The notes beneath the pieces are model-generated. The model saw only the letters and a program-made list of their open reading frames with translations. It searched no databases and was not told the DNA's origin. This document shows positions 60,147 to 64,000 of a DNA stretch of 64,000 nt, piece by piece. How positions within the stretch are numbered: position 1 is the stretch's first letter; each line of letters begins with the position of its first letter. This stretch comes from Massalongia carnosa. Its lineage: Eukaryota. A program made the position numbers and the translations under genes. The stretch is taken from contig OZ287074.1 in assembly GCA_965645245.1 (NCBI GenBank), positions 2,046,001 to 2,110,000 on the forward strand, read 5' to 3'.

Positions 60147-60261
60147 CCACCTTTATAGGTATAGCGCAGCCCTGCGAGCCTTAGCGCGCTAGGCAGTATA
60201 TAATAGCCATGTAGACAGATCTCAATAGAACACACCTTCATGCAGTCTTCTCTCCTCCCTA

Positions 60262-62208
60262 ACCGTGCGACCGAGGTAAATCTGATGGACCGCACCCAGA
60301 GCTACGCTCCAGGTGCGGCTCACCTCCATGACGCTATCATCTCCATGGCGCATTTTTAAAAAATTTCTATCATCTATCATCAACCATTTATTATTCAACC
60401 ACATCATGTCTGATTCGTACAAGAAACGAGAGGCTAACATTGCAAAGGCCTTAGATGCATTGCAAAGAACACATACAAATCAGCCGCAGCCTGTGCCAAA
60501 GAATTCGATATTTCACCTCGTCTATTTCAAAGAAGACTACTTGGATATAGCAAGCGAAAAGCAGGCAATATGAGGCTGTCTGCTGCACTAGAACTAGCCC
60601 TGAAGGAGTATATTGAAATTTTTGATGATATTGAATTATCAATAAGATTGCAATTGATTCGCGGTGCAGCTAATTATTTGTTGCAATTGCAACATCCTTC
60701 CTCGTCTTCAACTTCTCTCACCCGCGTAGGAAAATGCTAGACCGGACGATTCTTGAAAAGAAATCCCCAATTTTTCATGCAAAAAGGCAAGCCATTAGCA
60801 GCCGAAAGGAAAAACGCTCACAATGTTACGGATATTTAAACTTATTTCTCTTCATTTCAATCGACTGTAGCCCTTCTCGGTATAACTCCAGATGATATAT
60901 GGAATATGGATGAGACAGGCTTTCGAGTTGGCTGTGGGGTAACCCATTTGGTGGTGACACTATCATCACATAAACGAATTATGATCGCTGATCCAGACAA
61001 TCGAGACTATATAACTTCGGTCGAATGCATCAATGGAGTTGGCGGAAGCGTTCCATCCTTTTTGATTTTGAAAGGGGTCAACATACTTCACAAATGGGCC
61101 TTAGAGAATGATTTGAAAGATGATATCGTGTTGACTACAAGCGATAGCGGCTATTCGAATGATTGTCTAGCATTAGAGTGGTTAAAGCATTTTAATGCTC
61201 ATTCAAAAAAGGTTCAAAAAGGAGCGTTTAGGCTTCTTTTGTTGGATGGATATGGATCTCATCTAACGTATGAATTTTGGGAATATTCGAAAGAAAATAA
61301 GATCTGTTTATTCAGATTACCCCCCCCCCCCCATTCAACCCATTTGACGCAGCCATTGGACGTTGGTGTTTTTCAGCCAATGAAACATTATCATGCTGAA
61401 GCGGTTGACAACGCCATTCGGTTGGGTGACGTTGACTTCAATCGTCTGGATTTTCTGGCCGCATTCAATCAATTTTGTACAAAGGCATTCAAATCATCTA
61501 CTATCAAATCAGCCTGGGAAAAAACTGGGTTGATACCTTACAATCCGGAGGTAGTCTTGACCAAAATTCGTGCTTTAAATCCGGCATTACCACCACTACC
61601 AATATCATCTTCGGAGACAATAATCCTACCTCATACCCCCAAAAAGCCCAAAGACGTTGCTAAGGAAGGGGAAAACATTATTCAGCGAATGAATAATAAT
61701 AAAGAAATTACTCCAGAAAGAATGCGACGTTTTATCAAAGGGTCGGTTGCAAACGCTAATTTACTAGAATTGACGCAACGCGACTTGCAAGCCACACACA
61801 GCTGCATTAGCTAAAAGGGCCCGAAAAAAGCTTGCTGGTACCGTTGTTCAGAAGGGAGGAATCGTTACCGTTCGAGATGTGAGGCACAATCACCTACATC
61901 GTACCCAAGAAGAGGTGGAAAGGGAGGAGGGTCGTCAAAAGCGTGCTGAGACGGCTAGACAAAAGAAAATATTTCTCTTTGGAAAAGCGATAACTAAACG
62001 GTTTGGCTTGGTGGGTAAAAAGGCCGAAAGCTGGATAGATGAACGTCAGCCTTTGATTTTGAATAGCTTCATTTTGAAAGGGTCAATCAATGGATATAAT
62101 GTAAATAGTGTGAGAAATGCGTCATGGAGATGATAGCGTCATGGAGGTGAGCCGCACCTGGAGCGTAGCTCCGGGTGCGGTCCATCGGATTTACCTCGGT
62201 CGCACGGT
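60262..62208 (+). mobile_element. Pogo/Fot1 DNA transposon E (degenerate transposase)
   Basis: About 90-bp TIRs ACCGTGCGACCGAGGTAAATC..., TA flanks (60260-60261 / 62209-62210); NMDETGF, LDGYGSH and QPLDVG in 60906..61814; stops and frameshifts upstream. Confidence 0.93.
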
Positions 62209-62284
62209 TACCTGATATACCATTTAACTGCTCGTATCAAATGACGATCTGATCACCCAACAATCATTAGGAAAACAACGGAAA

Positions 62285-63916
62285 ATGAATACGACAACGA
62301 GTGTCGAAGCCCAAGGGCAAGAGATAAGTGAAACTCACGAGCTAACAAGCAAAGCAAGAGAATTTCTGGAAAGAGCAGATGTGATTGTAGCCGGCGCGGA
62401 GGCGAGGCGTTGGATACTCGATCTTGTTGAGTTCATAGAAAAAACCTCATCGGAACGCGACGCGCTCGACGCGTCGACGCAGGAAAATTTTCAAGATACA
62501 TTGCAGGATATTCAGCAAAGATTGAAGAAGATAGAAAAACAGGGCGAGAATAACGGCAAGGCTCTCAGCTACGCGGCGGTCGCAGCAGGAAAGCGTAAAA
62601 GCGGACAGGAAACCGAAGTGAAGAATCAAGGCCTCAACGAGGAAAACACCCTCAGAGAGAAGAGAAAAATGAAGGAAATCATAGTGAGAATAGAAGACCC
62701 CAAGGAGCAGGAAGCCCTAGGTAAAAAGACCACAAAGGAAATAGTAGACGCCCTACGAGTCTCTAACGAAGAGGTGACGGGCATCCGACGACTACCAAGT
62801 GGAGATCTAAAAATTCACGTAAAAACACCGGAAGTCAAGGAAACCTTGCAAGCACACTCGGAATGGATAAAGAGAGTTGCTGCATCAGCGACGATACGCA
62901 AAGAAGGCTATGCAATTCTAGCTCACGGAGTAAAAATGAACGAAGTCAGAGGGTCAAAGCAAGCGAAAGCATTGGAATACTTGACAAAGGAAAACGCAGG
63001 ATTGCATGAAGGACTGAAAATCAATCGAGTAGCCTGGAGCGCCAGAGCCCGCAAACAAAACAAGCGCTACGCCTCGTTACACATCGAGGTAGAAACTGCA
63101 GAAATGGCCAATCGTTTGATCCTCGTAGGACTGGCGGACGAAGGGGAAATAAAAACATGCGAGCTCTTCGAAGCCGGCTGCAAGCTCACGCAATGCTTCA
63201 ATTGTCAGTAATACGGACACATCGCGAAGTTTTGCAAAAATCCCACCGTCTGCGGGTACTGCGTCGGAAGGCACGACAGCAGAAACTGCCCATGCAGCAG
63301 AACCGGAAGGTCCCTACGATGCGCAGTGTGCGGGGACAAGGGACACCCAGCGTGGGCAGCGGAATGCCAAGTCAGGAAAGAGAAAAAACACCGCACGGAA
63401 ATCACAAGAGAATCACGCCGGCGCTTGTACGCAGTGCCGCCCCCACCCAAAGGAAATAAAGCAATCCTCAGCCAAGCGCAGGGGGGGCGTATGGAAGTCG
63501 TAGTCGAGGACGAAACCGAAGCAGGTCATGGGAATCAACAACACCAATCAAACAAACCCACCGACGCCTCACAAAACGAGTTCCCATCGACACACATCAC
63601 CAACGAGGCGGAGCCGCAGGAAGGAGAAGAGGCGGAAAACGAAGTGGAAATGACAGAAACTACGAAGACGATAAGTAAGAGAAAAGAAAGTGCGAGATCA
63701 ATTAGAGAACTGAGAGTCACTCGGTCGCGCTCGTTATCACCACAAGAAGCACAAGAACGGAGGATTCTACGAGGGAGGGAAGAATGGGGGTCGACGAGGG
63801 CAAAAATAATGAACCCAGAAAACAGAGAGTCGGTCTTCGCCAAACCGAAAAGAGGACGTCCGATGACTAGAGCAAGAAACACCAACGAGATACAACTCAA
63901 CGAAAGAATGCTATGA
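62285..63916 (+). pseudogene. Tad1-like LINE ORF1 (gag-like, three zinc knuckles) with a premature stop
   Basis: SYAAVAA, RRLPSGDL, CFNCQ*YGHIAKFC, CGYCVGRHDSRNC, CAVCGDKGHPAWAAEC; TAA at 63209. Confidence 0.88.
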
Positions 63917-64000
63917 AGAACACAGAAACCCTTACGATACTGCAGTACAATGTCAGGAAAAGTGCAAAAGGCACACTGATACCCTTGCTGTCAGATAAAA
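63913..64000 (+). CDS. Start of LINE ORF2 (APE endonuclease), truncated by the window end
   Basis: MKNTETLTILQYNVRKS matches the APE N-terminal motif; the ATG overlaps the ORF1 TGA (ATGA). Confidence 0.8.
   Translation, partial: MKNTETLTILQYNVRKSAKGTLIPLLSDK

Noticed and set aside
1..64000. Starship or other giant mobile element carrying the NLR pair
   Set aside because: No DUF3435 tyrosine recombinase or element boundary is visible in this window.

Overview
Eukaryotic DNA from a filamentous ascomycete (spliceosomal GT-AG introns, fungal protein and transposon families). Roughly two thirds of the window is transposable elements, often nested, with host genes in between. Host genes: a Tri3-like acyltransferase, an aldo-keto reductase and a 2OG-Fe(II) dioxygenase (1-4853, whose upstream regions share CGG-N3-CCG sites); an HNH-domain protein; a PTH11-like pseudogene; a GPI-type secreted protein; and a head-to-head pair made of a SesB-like alpha/beta-hydrolase and a NACHT-ankyrin NLR. 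In that pair the hydrolase C-terminus and the NLR N-terminus carry mutually similar G/N/Q/T-rich motifs, so it is a candidate amyloid-signalling immune module; I cannot assign its motif to HRAM, PP or sigma by eye. Mobile elements: two intact chromovirus Gypsy elements, with co-varying self-priming and -1 frameshift signals; an 891-bp Copia-type TRIM; an intact Copia with an in-frame UGA between gag and pol; a Copia solo LTR; five Pogo/Fot1 elements; an impala-like Tc1 fragment; a Tc1/IS630-type element with CAC..GTG ends and a 5-bp target duplication; a MITE; and the 5' part of a Tad1-like LINE. All calls are by eye, with no database searches.
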